Below are positions 9,434 to 18,939 of a stretch of DNA of 45,131 nt, one piece after another (position 1 is the stretch's first letter; each line of letters starts with the position of its first letter). The position numbers were made by a program, and so were the translations under genes. The notes under the pieces are model-generated. The model had not been told where the DNA came from, did not search any database, and was given only the letters and a program-made list of their open reading frames with translations. Source of the DNA: a virus (lineage: Duplodnaviria > Caudoviricetes); IMG/VR virus record IMGVR_UViG_3300037722_001242, positions 1 through 45,131 of that record. One strand, 5' to 3'.

Positions 9434-11049
9434 TGGCAGAAGGCGGTCTGTTTGGAGGCTTTTCTAGTGGTATCAAGAAGGGCCTGTCGCTACAGCAGGA
9501 TCAGCTTCAGCTGGAAAGGAAGAAGGAGGCCGATGATGCCCTTGCAACGTATAGGCAAGGGCAGCAGGCCATTGCGAAGCGCCGCCTAGAAGTGCAGGAG
9601 AAAAACTTAGATCTAACTGTCACCAACAGGCTGAGGCAGGTACTTTCTGATCCCAACTTGCATCCTGAGGCTAGATCGTTCCTGCTTGATGAGACGATAA
9701 CATCTCTGGGATATGATCCCAAGAGTGAGCGATACAAAGGGCTTAAGAACGTACTTCTGAAGATGCCTATAGACCAGGCTAATGCCCTATCAGAGGCGCT
9801 TGTTACAGCGCTACCAAAGGCAGAGCCAGGCATGATCCGAGGAGTTGTGGACAACCTACTAAAGGGTAAGGTATCTCCAGGGGATATACCTAAGCTTGTG
9901 CAGGGTTTGGTGCAGCAGGGTAGTAGGGCTGATATACTTGGAGATAGAGGGGCAGCGCCTCAGGAGGGAGCACCTCAAGCAGGTGCACTGCAGACTCCTA
10001 CAGCATCCCCCATGGGAGGCGATATTGAGGCTCCTGCAACCGCGCCGGCTGCGCCGGTTGGAGCTGCACAGCCGACTATGAGCAAAGAAGACCAAGTTCG
10101 TGATCTCCGAAGCAAGGCGCAAGCTTTGGGTGCGACTGGAGACCTTGATGGCATGAAGGCCACGCTGCAAATGGCCCGTGACATTGAGGGCAAGCCTACA
10201 ACAGAGATTAACTTCCTAACACAGAAGAAGGAAGCGGAGCTGCTGGCGACGAGGGACTTTGATATAGCGAAGAGTATAGACGATGATGCTGATGGTGCGA
10301 GGAAGGCTGATGTTAGTATAAGAGCGTTTGAGACGGCACTGGAGGGAGGAAGGTTCGCGCCGGGAGCGTTCTCTGGAGCGCGACTCTCTTTAAGCCGTAT
10401 CGCTGAGTTTGTTGGGATCAACCCAGAGAGTAAGGAGTTCAAGGCTATGGGCCTTGGCGATCCTGCTTCGGGTGAGTTAATGGAAGGAGCATCTCAGAGG
10501 CTTGGGCTTGACCTAGCTGATAAGCTATCTAAGATGACAAATATGTCACTGAACTTCATCAGATCATCCATACCCAATCTCTCTAGGACGCGAGGTGGTA
10601 ATGAGCTTATTTTGGATATGATGAAGGCAGGAAACTCCAGAACAAAAGAGCTACACGCACTAAAGGAGCATTACCTAGATACATATGGATCGCTTCGGCC
10701 TGAGGGCAAGAGATCATTCTTTCAGCAGGCTGCTAGCCTCAGAGAGCAGCCACTCTTCGATGAGGATTTTGTTAAGAAGGTCCAGAAGGAGGCTAGGAAT
10801 GGAACAGTGGTTGATCTGCCTGGTCGTCTCGATAAGAGTAAGCTTCCGAAGTTAGGCGACAAAGTGCTAGTAGGGCCAGCAGGCAGAGAGTACACCGTAG
10901 TAGGGGAGGAGCAGGGAATACCTGTTATAAATAAGGATGGTCTGCGGCTGCCTATTATCACTACTACAGAGCAATACGACGCATTGGATGCTGACACTCC
11001 ATACTTCTGGGGACCAACTGGAGAGCAGGGTATAAAGGGTAGGCGGTGA
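9430..11049 (+). CDS. Putative DNA ejection (internal virion) protein
   Basis: GGLFGGFSSG N-terminus, helical, position in the module. Confidence 0.6.
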   Translation: MMAEGGLFGGFSSGIKKGLSLQQDQLQLERKKEADDALATYRQGQQAIAKRRLEVQEKNLDLTVTNRLRQVLSDPNLHPEARSFLLDETITSLGYDPKSERYKGLKNVLLKMPIDQANALSEALVTALPKAEPGMIRGVVDNLLKGKVSPGDIPKLVQGLVQQGSRADILGDRGAAPQEGAPQAGALQTPTASPMGGDIEAPATAPAAPVGAAQPTMSKEDQVRDLRSKAQALGATGDLDGMKATLQMARDIEGKPTTEINFLTQKKEAELLATRDFDIAKSIDDDADGARKADVSIRAFETALEGGRFAPGAFSGARLSLSRIAEFVGINPESKEFKAMGLGDPASGELMEGASQRLGLDLADKLSKMTNMSLNFIRSSIPNLSRTRGGNELILDMMKAGNSRTKELHALKEHYLDTYGSLRPEGKRSFFQQAASLREQPLFDEDFVKKVQKEARNGTVVDLPGRLDKSKLPKLGDKVLVGPAGREYTVVGEEQGIPVINKDGLRLPIITTTEQYDALDADTPYFWGPTGEQGIKGRR

Positions 11050-14000
11050 TGGCAGCAGGTACACAGAGAGTTCCGCGCCTATCTGACCTACCGCTTGCTG
11101 AGCCAGCGGGATTTGTGGCTAAGGGGGCGAAGAAGGCAGTTGGAGAGGTAGCGGAGGAGGGCGTTGGAAGCGGTAGTTCGTATTCCAACCCTAGACTAAA
11201 TGCTAGGGTGTTCAGAGGTACAGCTCACGGACGCAATTTAGATGATATAGAGAATTATAGAAAGCGTACCACTGGATTTTGGGCCAGCAGTGATCCTAAG
11301 GTGGCCAACTCATATGCAGACCCAACGCAGTGGCGCTATCCTACAGGTCCTGCAATAATTCCAGCTGATATCGAGTTCAAAAATCCGCTAATAGTCAATG
11401 CTAAGGGTAGCTCGTGGCATCAAGTAGAATTTGAAGATAACATTATCAGTACTGAAGACTTAAAAGAGCTGGCAAGGAACAGAGGTTATGATGGTCTAGT
11501 TGTACGTAATGTAGTTGATGCCTTTACAGATACTGGAGGAAATATAGTTGCAGATACCTACCTCGCTCTAGGTAAGGGTACTGTGAGATCTGCTAATACA
11601 GGGGAAATACTCTATACCGTTCCATCTGGAACCATCATGGCCGCAGCTGCAGCTGGCGCTGCCCTGTCGTCTGCCGACAATGCAGAGGCAGCGGCGATGG
11701 GCACTCTGGCGGGTATGGGAGTAGCTGAGGCTATTCGCGCCGAGGGGATTGTACAGGAAGCTGGACTTTTCAGCCGAGGAAGTAAGGCTGTAAAGGTATT
11801 TAGGGGGACACAAAGTCCTAAATCGGAAGGAAAGAGAAGTAGATTTTGGGCTAGCACTGATCCTGAAGTTGCATCTATGTATGCTAACCCATCTGATTAT
11901 ACTAGTGCAGCAGTGATACCAGCATTTGCTAAGTTTAGTAGTCCATTGATTATAGACGCTAAGGGTGCTCCTTGGCATTCAATAAAAGTTAGGCTGCCTG
12001 GAAGTATTGCTAAGAAGACATTGGATACAGATGCTATAGCAGAATTCGCTCGCATACACGACTACGATGGAGTGATCTTTAGAAATGTAGCTGATGCTCC
12101 AACAGAAAACAATGCGTTAACAGTACTATCTGACACATTTGTAGCTCTTAAACGCGGTACTGTAAAGTCTGCCACTACTGGGGAGAACATATTCTCTATA
12201 CCTGCAATTGCAGCTGGATTAGCAGGTGGAACGACATTTGGCACTGGCGATGCATCTGCAGCTGGAAGAATACCAAAAGGCCTAATCCCCGGCCGCGGAG
12301 GGTTCTCAACCACCAAGAACTTGGCTACCAAGAATGATAGGTTCTACTATGAGCTATACAAAGATGATGAGAAGATAGGAGAGCTGATAGGCTTTGTATA
12401 TCCTGACCCGAATACGCCAGACGGTAAGGCGATATACATAGCATGGGCAGGTCCACCCCTTAAGCAGTTTCAGGATGCTGTAAACAAGGCCATCCCAAAG
12501 GGAGTAAAGGGACCTGACTTTGAAGGGCAGCTTGCAGAGGCTATAGCCGCTGGAAAGGTGCCTAAGATAGACGCTCCTCCAGGCGTGGTACAGCAGCTTC
12601 GTGAGACTCTCAGGAATGACTTTCCAGATGCCAAGACGGTCACCTTCAATAGGCTAACAGGGGCACATGCAGATAAGGGTGGGACGACGAAGCTGAGGGA
12701 AGCTGGTGCAGGTGCTGCAGCGGCAGGCGCTCTATCGGAGGAAGTCGAAGGCGGTACATCGACAATAGGAGAGATTGCACAGTTCCCTGCAGACCTCATG
12801 TCGTTCTTTGCCACTGGCATGAAGGCTGATGAGGCGATAGAGACTGGCAAGGGGCTGATAGAGGAAGGAACTAAGCAGGTGGCTAGGCTTACAAAACCAG
12901 ACGATGAAATGGTAGATACATCTGGCGGTACGCAGGTAGCTGATGCTGCTCAGGCTAGGCCATTACAGTCTGGAGAGCCTATGCCGTCTGACTCTGCGCC
13001 GCTGGATGCAGCTGCACCAGAGGGAGCTGGAGGTGATAGGAGCATTGTAGGTACGTTTTGGGATAAGGTTACCAGCCGCATGGCAGGGACTGACGTGGAT
13101 GATCCTGCGCCAGGAAGGAGATTGGCAGAGCAGTTTAGCATGGGCATTGCAGGTGGTATGGCTGGCGCAAAGGTGCCTGGTCCACCTATTGTTAAGGCAG
13201 GCGCTGCTATCCTAGGTGGCACGCTTGGAGTGATCGGTGGTTCTGTCGCTAGAGAAAGAACGATGGAGTTTCTGGAGAGCTTAGGAACTCTACCTCCAGG
13301 AAGTAGAGAGAAGCACGGCCTCTCTGACGACGAGCTACAGACATTGGTAGAAGGTGAGGTACTTATAGATCTTGCTACGGCTGGTGGACTACAGGCGTTC
13401 AAGGGAGTTAGTAGAGGCACAGCTAGACTGTTCACTAGACCTACAAAGGCATCAAGGGAGCTCTCTGAAGATGCTATTAGAGAGGGCATATCTCTCATGC
13501 CGGTGCAGGCAGGAGGCAGACGTCTCGGCAAGGCATTCGTCAACGTAATGGGGAGGTTTCCACTTATAGCTGGTCCTCTAAGGAAGGCAGGTACAAGATC
13601 TGCTGAGCAGCTTCAGATGGCATATGCGAAGCTGCCAGAACGCATAGCGCCTATTGGGTCCATATCAGATGTGCATACGAAGGTATTGTCAGAGATAGAG
13701 GATACCGTCGTCAAGGTAAACGACCAGTTTGTAAAGAAGTTTGATGATATAGCCAGCAGGCCAGGAGTAACTGTTGGACTTGACAACACCGCTTCGGCTA
13801 TATCAAGGTTCTCTAAGGACGTAGCTCGTATAACGCCGAAGGCTGCGCCAGGACAGAAGGGAGTGAAGCTACCAGGTCGTGTAGACGAGTTGCAGAAGTT
13901 CTTGGCTAATTCCCTATCTCCATTGGTATCTAAGAGTGGTGAGGCAGCAGATCAGTCTATAAAGCAGGCAGATAATATACTGTCCGCTATTGACAGCAAG

Positions 14001-14996
14001 ATTGCGCACTTCGCAAAGAAGGGAGATGTAGAGGCTGTTAATATGCTAGATGGTCTCCGCCGTGGTGTGCAGGCGGATATGCTGACTAACCTCAAAGGGC
14101 CTAATGCAAAGGCGATAGGGGATGAGCTTACAGTGCTGACTGCAGAATGGGGAAAGACTGTAGATGAGTTGTTCAGTAATGCGATTGCTAAGAAGATAGG
14201 GCTAAAGCCTGCAGAGGGTATAAGGGCTGCGAGGTTTGCAGGGTCTAGAGGAGAGATAGCAGATACAATAGGCTTCGTTCTTCGCAGCAACGATCCTGCT
14301 ATGGTTAAGGACTTGTCGCGCATACTCAATCCGCAGACATTCAAGGAATTGACAGCATCTGTGCTGAATGAGAGGGTAAGAGGTGCATTCACTCGCGGAG
14401 AAGGAGGTAACCTAGTTCTTAATCCTGGAAAGTTTGCAGCCACAATGGGACTAGACAATCCGCAGTCAGGAAGATATCTGCAGACAAAGGCGATGCTGGA
14501 AGCATCTGGTGGGCTTACTATGAAGGAGGTACATAGGCTAGATGATATAGCTAAGGCGATAGAGGGGGTAGATATACCAGATGTATCTACGTTCATCGCC
14601 AGGCGCGGAACGATAGGAGGACTTAGCGCAGTTACGAAAGCTCTTGTTCCTACAATGGCATTCTCGTCTGGAGCTGGCGCAGGAGTGGCATCATCTGGAA
14701 TAAGTGGGGGTGTAGTTGGCGGTCTTATGATCTATGGTGGAGCATATGGAATATCTCGAGCCATATCCAAGCCAGCTAACGCACGTCTGCTTCGTAGAGT
14801 GCTAGATAAGGATGCCACTGATGCTGTGAAAGCCGCGGCGGGATTTAGGCTGATGCGACTCGTCACAGATGATGCAGTGCTTGAAGGAGATATGACTAGA
14901 GATGCAGCGGCAGCAGTGAAAGAGGGATACGAGTTGTTTATCAACGAAGTGAGGAAGGTGAGGGCTGAAAATGCCAATAAGAGTACATCCCCCTAA
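11046..14996 (+). CDS. Large internal virion/ejection protein with two tandem ART-PolyVal-like domains
   Basis: 1316 aa; two copies of VFRGT..FWASxDPxVA..YA..P+..F..PL+++AKG..YDG+++RNV.D..DT++AL..GTV+SA. Confidence 0.7.
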   Translation: MMAAGTQRVPRLSDLPLAEPAGFVAKGAKKAVGEVAEEGVGSGSSYSNPRLNARVFRGTAHGRNLDDIENYRKRTTGFWASSDPKVANSYADPTQWRYPTGPAIIPADIEFKNPLIVNAKGSSWHQVEFEDNIISTEDLKELARNRGYDGLVVRNVVDAFTDTGGNIVADTYLALGKGTVRSANTGEILYTVPSGTIMAAAAAGAALSSADNAEAAAMGTLAGMGVAEAIRAEGIVQEAGLFSRGSKAVKVFRGTQSPKSEGKRSRFWASTDPEVASMYANPSDYTSAAVIPAFAKFSSPLIIDAKGAPWHSIKVRLPGSIAKKTLDTDAIAEFARIHDYDGVIFRNVADAPTENNALTVLSDTFVALKRGTVKSATTGENIFSIPAIAAGLAGGTTFGTGDASAAGRIPKGLIPGRGGFSTTKNLATKNDRFYYELYKDDEKIGELIGFVYPDPNTPDGKAIYIAWAGPPLKQFQDAVNKAIPKGVKGPDFEGQLAEAIAAGKVPKIDAPPGVVQQLRETLRNDFPDAKTVTFNRLTGAHADKGGTTKLREAGAGAAAAGALSEEVEGGTSTIGEIAQFPADLMSFFATGMKADEAIETGKGLIEEGTKQVARLTKPDDEMVDTSGGTQVADAAQARPLQSGEPMPSDSAPLDAAAPEGAGGDRSIVGTFWDKVTSRMAGTDVDDPAPGRRLAEQFSMGIAGGMAGAKVPGPPIVKAGAAILGGTLGVIGGSVARERTMEFLESLGTLPPGSREKHGLSDDELQTLVEGEVLIDLATAGGLQAFKGVSRGTARLFTRPTKASRELSEDAIREGISLMPVQAGGRRLGKAFVNVMGRFPLIAGPLRKAGTRSAEQLQMAYAKLPERIAPIGSISDVHTKVLSEIEDTVVKVNDQFVKKFDDIASRPGVTVGLDNTASAISRFSKDVARITPKAAPGQKGVKLPGRVDELQKFLANSLSPLVSKSGEAADQSIKQADNILSAIDSKIAHFAKKGDVEAVNMLDGLRRGVQADMLTNLKGPNAKAIGDELTVLTAEWGKTVDELFSNAIAKKIGLKPAEGIRAARFAGSRGEIADTIGFVLRSNDPAMVKDLSRILNPQTFKELTASVLNERVRGAFTRGEGGNLVLNPGKFAATMGLDNPQSGRYLQTKAMLEASGGLTMKEVHRLDDIAKAIEGVDIPDVSTFIARRGTIGGLSAVTKALVPTMAFSSGAGAGVASSGISGGVVGGLMIYGGAYGISRAISKPANARLLRRVLDKDATDAVKAAAGFRLMRLVTDDAVLEGDMTRDAAAAVKEGYELFINEVRKVRAENANKSTSP

Positions 14997-15246
14997 GCTG
15001 CCTAAGAGAGGTTATGACCTCAAGGGTGTGAATGAGAAGCTGAGAAGCAGGCATGATACACTTGAGGGTCAGCGAGCGCAGCATAATCAGGCAGGTAGTA
15101 GGCGGCTAGACTTTATGGGGAAGATGCCTTCTCCTCCGGAGGTTGAGAGTCTGGAGAATATTGATGTTCTTCAGAAGAACCCTCTTCGGAAGAGCCAGCC
15201 TCGGGGGGCATCTGCGAAGCAGCGACGAGGGACAGGGCTTGCCTAA
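14971..15246 (+). CDS. Possible small basic protein
   Basis: Starts within the end of the upstream gene; overlaps the non-conserved tail of the convergent polymerase gene. Confidence 0.35.
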   Translation: MPIRVHPPKLPKRGYDLKGVNEKLRSRHDTLEGQRAQHNQAGSRRLDFMGKMPSPPEVESLENIDVLQKNPLRKSQPRGASAKQRRGTGLA

Positions 15247-16102
15247 TAGCTCCACCCATACATATAGGGTCTGGCTCCCATGGGACAGTATGCATATCTC
15301 CCCAGGAGTAGCCAACCTTTAGATCACAATGCAGCTTAAAGTCCTTGTCGCTGTACCTAAGTGGCGGACGCATATACTCACACGTTCGCAGAGCGACTAC
15401 TCCAATCCACTCTGTAGGCGTGCTCTCAGGATATTCCATCATAATAGAGTCATGCACCTGCGCGCCTAGTATCACAGGAGCGAACTCGGGGCTGTCGTCG
15501 TAGTATACAAACTCCATTGCGTCTGTGACGCAGTCAACTACAGTGGACTGAGGCTTGAAGGAATAGGCGGCATTCCACAACTCTGGCCCCCACTCATCTA
15601 GGAGACGAACTTTGCGACCGAAGCAGTTGGTAAGTGTCCTATCGTTCTCCTTAAGCTCCCGACGTATGCCTTCCCAGTAGTCAGATATTCCAGGATAGGC
15701 GACGGTGCTGTATAGCTCCACCATCATACGCGCTTCGGTCTCTACAATCTCGTTGTCGAGTGCGAAGCGCTTGTACCTCATGCCATAGTTTAGCCCGTGG
15801 TTCGACTTCTTGCCTGCCTGTCTGATAGACATAGAGCGTGGGAGAAAGATGCCTTCGGGGATAGTCAGAGGAGCACGTAGAGCTTGTATGACATCAGGAT
15901 CGGTGTTCATACCTACTGCTTTGTGCTCCTCCAGAACGAATTTCTCCGGTGCACCGCTTATCAAAGAGCCAGTGACAACGTGAGGAGACTTGCCGCTCTC
16001 TACAACGCCTATCATGGCAGGATCATTGGAGAGATAGGCTACGACTACCCACTCTGCGCCAGAGAGATCGAACTCCATGAAGAAATTACTTCTCATAGAC
16101 AC
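15113..16102 (-). CDS. polA: Family A DNA polymerase, C-terminal catalytic part
   Basis: Motif A FDLSGAE, motif B RQAGKKSNHGLNYG, motif C QVHDS. Confidence 0.93.
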   Translation of the reverse strand: MSMRSNFFMEFDLSGAEWVVVAYLSNDPAMIGVVESGKSPHVVTGSLISGAPEKFVLEEHKAVGMNTDPDVIQALRAPLTIPEGIFLPRSMSIRQAGKKSNHGLNYGMRYKRFALDNEIVETEARMMVELYSTVAYPGISDYWEGIRRELKENDRTLTNCFGRKVRLLDEWGPELWNAAYSFKPQSTVVDCVTDAMEFVYYDDSPEFAPVILGAQVHDSIMMEYPESTPTEWIGVVALRTCEYMRPPLRYSDKDFKLHCDLKVGYSWGDMHTVPWEPDPICMGGAIRQALSLVAASQMPPEAGSSEEGSSEEHQYSPDSQPPEEKASSP

Positions 16103-16893
16103 TATATCCTAGCAGCCTGAACATGCATATAGTCATAGTTCCTCTCTCTTCCTAATGACACCCATCCTTCAGCTTCCCAAGCAGCCCACCACTTGTTATA
16201 GTCTGACTTGGCAAAAGCAGCGCGGTCACTTCCCCAGCGGAGCTGATTTCGGTTAGCATCGAAGTCAATAGCTATACCCCAGGAGTGCATAGACCATGCA
16301 GAGCCTCCGCGCATCTTCCTGACGTTCAGTGATCCAAAGTAGCGATTGAGATGTAGGATGTTTATTTCCTCCTCGCCATACTCTACAAGGACCTTCTTCA
16401 ACACACGCTCGACAGATGAAGCAACCTTGGTATGGAGAGATATGCTGGATACCTTCTGACGGCTATCGTATAGGTAGAATTGGTATGGAGGTACAAGGCG
16501 TGTCTGGTTCGCACCCGTGCTGCCGTAGAAGTTAGGGCACTCTGATTGGTAGGGCCACTTCTTTATAGGATCAGTAGCGACTTGAGGATCGGTGGTAGGG
16601 CGGATGGATGGAATATCGCGTAGCTTATTTTGCCACTGCTCAAGAGCATATTGTGTCTGAGGACCAATGAGGCCATCTACATCTCCGACATCGATACCTG
16701 CGTCACGCATTATGAGCTGTTCGACTGCAGTCAAGCGGCGCTTGGTTGGCCACTTCTCTCCATGAGCTATCCTTGTGGAGACTACCTTCTCGATGCCTAG
16801 CCAGCTATTGGTGCCGAGATCGCCATCGATTGGGCCAGAGTAGAAGTTCATCGTCTGCAAGGCGCGTTGTATGTCTTTAGATGCCAGAAGCAT
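16102..16893 (-). CDS. Endolysin: peptidoglycan-binding domains plus M15-family peptidase
   Basis: GPIDGDLG and GDVDGLIGPQT repeats; R..SMHSWGIAID..HVQ zinc-peptidase motif. Confidence 0.88.
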   Translation of the reverse strand: MLLASKDIQRALQTMNFYSGPIDGDLGTNSWLGIEKVVSTRIAHGEKWPTKRRLTAVEQLIMRDAGIDVGDVDGLIGPQTQYALEQWQNKLRDIPSIRPTTDPQVATDPIKKWPYQSECPNFYGSTGANQTRLVPPYQFYLYDSRQKVSSISLHTKVASSVERVLKKVLVEYGEEEINILHLNRYFGSLNVRKMRGGSAWSMHSWGIAIDFDANRNQLRWGSDRAAFAKSDYNKWWAAWEAEGWVSLGRERNYDYMHVQAARI

Positions 16894-16897
16894 AGTG

Positions 16898-17065
16898 TTA
16901 CTCCATGTCTACGCGGGTTATTTTGACGTCTCTTACTAAGGCGTGGTAGCCTATGACGTTAGGGGCTCGAGGGAGGTAGGACAGCAGCCAGGCCTTCACT
17001 GCCTTCTTTGTAACTTTGCTGTCGAGGACTATCTTGATTGTGAGTAGGTATTGGTGCTTGGCCAT
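16898..17065 (-). CDS. Hypothetical protein
   Basis: GGAGG RBS before ATG 17065 (MAKHQY...). Confidence 0.6.
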   Translation of the reverse strand: MAKHQYLLTIKIVLDSKVTKKAVKAWLLSYLPRAPNVIGYHALVRDVKITRVDME

Positions 17066-17066
17066 G

Positions 17067-17309
17067 TTATACCTCCAGTATGAAGGCAAGCGCCATAGCG
17101 GCAACCTGTAGCGCCTCGCGCTTGGCATGTTCTATGTCGTTCTTCTTCACTGCATCCCACATTTCGTCGACTTCCTCAAGAAGGACGGCATATCCTTCGT
17201 GAGCGCCGCGCATAGGGGCGAATTTCTTTCTAGCTCGAAAGAATTCCCCTACAATAGCCTCTCCATTCATCTTAACAAACTCTTCTGTTACTTTAGACAG
17301 ACTTTCCAT
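17067..17309 (-). CDS. Small MazG-like (all-alpha NTP-PPase fold) protein
   Basis: HEGYAVLLEEVDEMWD...REALQVAAMA. Confidence 0.6.
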   Translation of the reverse strand: MESLSKVTEEFVKMNGEAIVGEFFRARKKFAPMRGAHEGYAVLLEEVDEMWDAVKKNDIEHAKREALQVAAMALAFILEV

Positions 17310-17316
17310 AGTACAC

Positions 17317-18939
17317 CTATCCTGCTACTATAAACCCCTTGAACTGAGGGTGTAGGTTCTGCAAGTTCATCCCCGTACCTCTGAGGGTTTGGGAGGATGA
17401 TAGTCGGCCGGTCCAGGTTCCGCGGAGGTTCCAACTACATCGGAGTCTATTGTCGGCATCGAGTTCGACCTCGAGGTATGAGGACATGAGCTTCCTGAAG
17501 GAACGGACCTCCTGAACCAGTTTCGCCTCCTTTGCACCTTTTCCTGCCTTTCGCACGATGCGGGCCATTGCCTTGTCATCTGTAGTTACTCCCCCTTGTG
17601 TATTGCGGTATTCAGGCAGGCCGAGTGTGCCATAGAAGTAGTCTCGGCACTGCTTCGGCGATGCTACATTCAGCGGACAGCCACAAGCCTCAGTCAGGGC
17701 TTCCTCCTTTGACGCTATAGCAGCCTCGATTTTGGCCTTGGTAGCCGCTAGCCCTTCCCGATCTACCGCGAGACCCTGTACCATCATATACCAAGAGGGC
17801 TCGGCCTTTCGCACAGTCCGTTCGTAAGTTGGCCAGTAGCCTCCATCCATCATCTCCGAATACAAGACGTCCCATACTTCTAACGCCACACAGGCGTCGC
17901 GGCCGCAGTATCTTTGAAATGTCTCCCAAGGTATGTTCGGATTTTTCCATATCTTTCCATCATCCTTCCAGTAAGGTTCACGAGTGTGGACGGAGGCGAG
18001 GAAGTCGAGGCCCTTTCGGAAGTCGGGATATACTATGGACTGGGCTATCATAGGATCGCCCAGCTCGCCACGGGTTCTGATGTTCATACGATCGAATAGG
18101 AAGGGCGCATCAAAGCCGACGAGGTTCTGGTTGATTTTCATGACAGCAGGGTCGCCCATAAGGCGGGCGTACATTAGCCAGATTTCGGCTTCGTCTTCTT
18201 CATCCCAATATGGCTGGCCGTGGTCGTCTAGGAGGGGGACAGTCAGAGCACTGTCGTAGGAGCATGAGATGGAGAAGCATGATATCTGATGGTTGATGAC
18301 TTCGAGATCGGTGCATACACGGCCTGCTTCATAGCAGTCTCTAATCCAGCCAGCTACTTCTATCTTAGATAAAGCTATTGTGAGATAGCGCTCAGGGAGA
18401 TGAAGTTCAGGCGTAATAGACTCAGTCTTGGCCTTCTTCATATCGCCAATTATAAGGTAGCGCCATACATAGACGCCGTGTATCGTAGCTGCAGGATGGA
18501 TAGTAGGGACTAACTTCTTTCCGGCTATGTCGGAGTGCATTATGGAGCCACGCCACTTCATCACTGGGCGCTTATCCCCCGTCAGCAGCTCCATCGCAGG
18601 CGCGCCCATTGTCAGGATGACGTTGGCCTTACACTGGCGTATCTTATCGAGAGTGCTTTGGGCTTTGGACTTGCCGTAGTCAGTCATGCCTTTGCGAGCA
18701 TGGTACAGCATCTCTCCGTCGTGGTACATGTTACCGGCATTGTCCTTTTCTACTTGGAAAGGCCAGGTGTTGAGGATATAGAGGGAACGGCGAGCGAGTC
18801 CAGCTGTGTGGAGACAGTCGGCGAACACTTGGCCGGCGGGACCTACCAAAGGGCTGCCAAAGCGCATCTCAGTGCGGCCTGGCGCTTCAGCGAGGACACA
18901 GATGGCAGCGTCAGATGGGCCTTCTTCCCAGGCGGTCAT
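17317..18939 (-). CDS. polA: Family A DNA polymerase, N-terminal part: UDG family-4-like domain, 3'-5' exonuclease and thumb
   Basis: AEAPG..E..LVGPAG..N..HPAA (UDG); TDLE, QNLVGFD, YCGRD (ExoI-III); NVASPKQ, TGRLSSS, NLQNL. Confidence 0.9.
   Translation of the reverse strand: MTAWEEGPSDAAICVLAEAPGRTEMRFGSPLVGPAGQVFADCLHTAGLARRSLYILNTWPFQVEKDNAGNMYHDGEMLYHARKGMTDYGKSKAQSTLDKIRQCKANVILTMGAPAMELLTGDKRPVMKWRGSIMHSDIAGKKLVPTIHPAATIHGVYVWRYLIIGDMKKAKTESITPELHLPERYLTIALSKIEVAGWIRDCYEAGRVCTDLEVINHQISCFSISCSYDSALTVPLLDDHGQPYWDEEDEAEIWLMYARLMGDPAVMKINQNLVGFDAPFLFDRMNIRTRGELGDPMIAQSIVYPDFRKGLDFLASVHTREPYWKDDGKIWKNPNIPWETFQRYCGRDACVALEVWDVLYSEMMDGGYWPTYERTVRKAEPSWYMMVQGLAVDREGLAATKAKIEAAIASKEEALTEACGCPLNVASPKQCRDYFYGTLGLPEYRNTQGGVTTDDKAMARIVRKAGKGAKEAKLVQEVRSFRKLMSSYLEVELDADNRLRCSWNLRGTWTGRLSSSQTLRGTGMNLQNLHPQFKGFIVAG

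Noticed and set aside
16102-17322. T4 gene 60-like ribosomal bypass (GGA-TAG take-off), intron or intein joining the PolA halves
   Set aside because: The GGA before part 2 is out of frame, the gap is 1.2 kb and filled with genes, and no intein or intron motifs are visible
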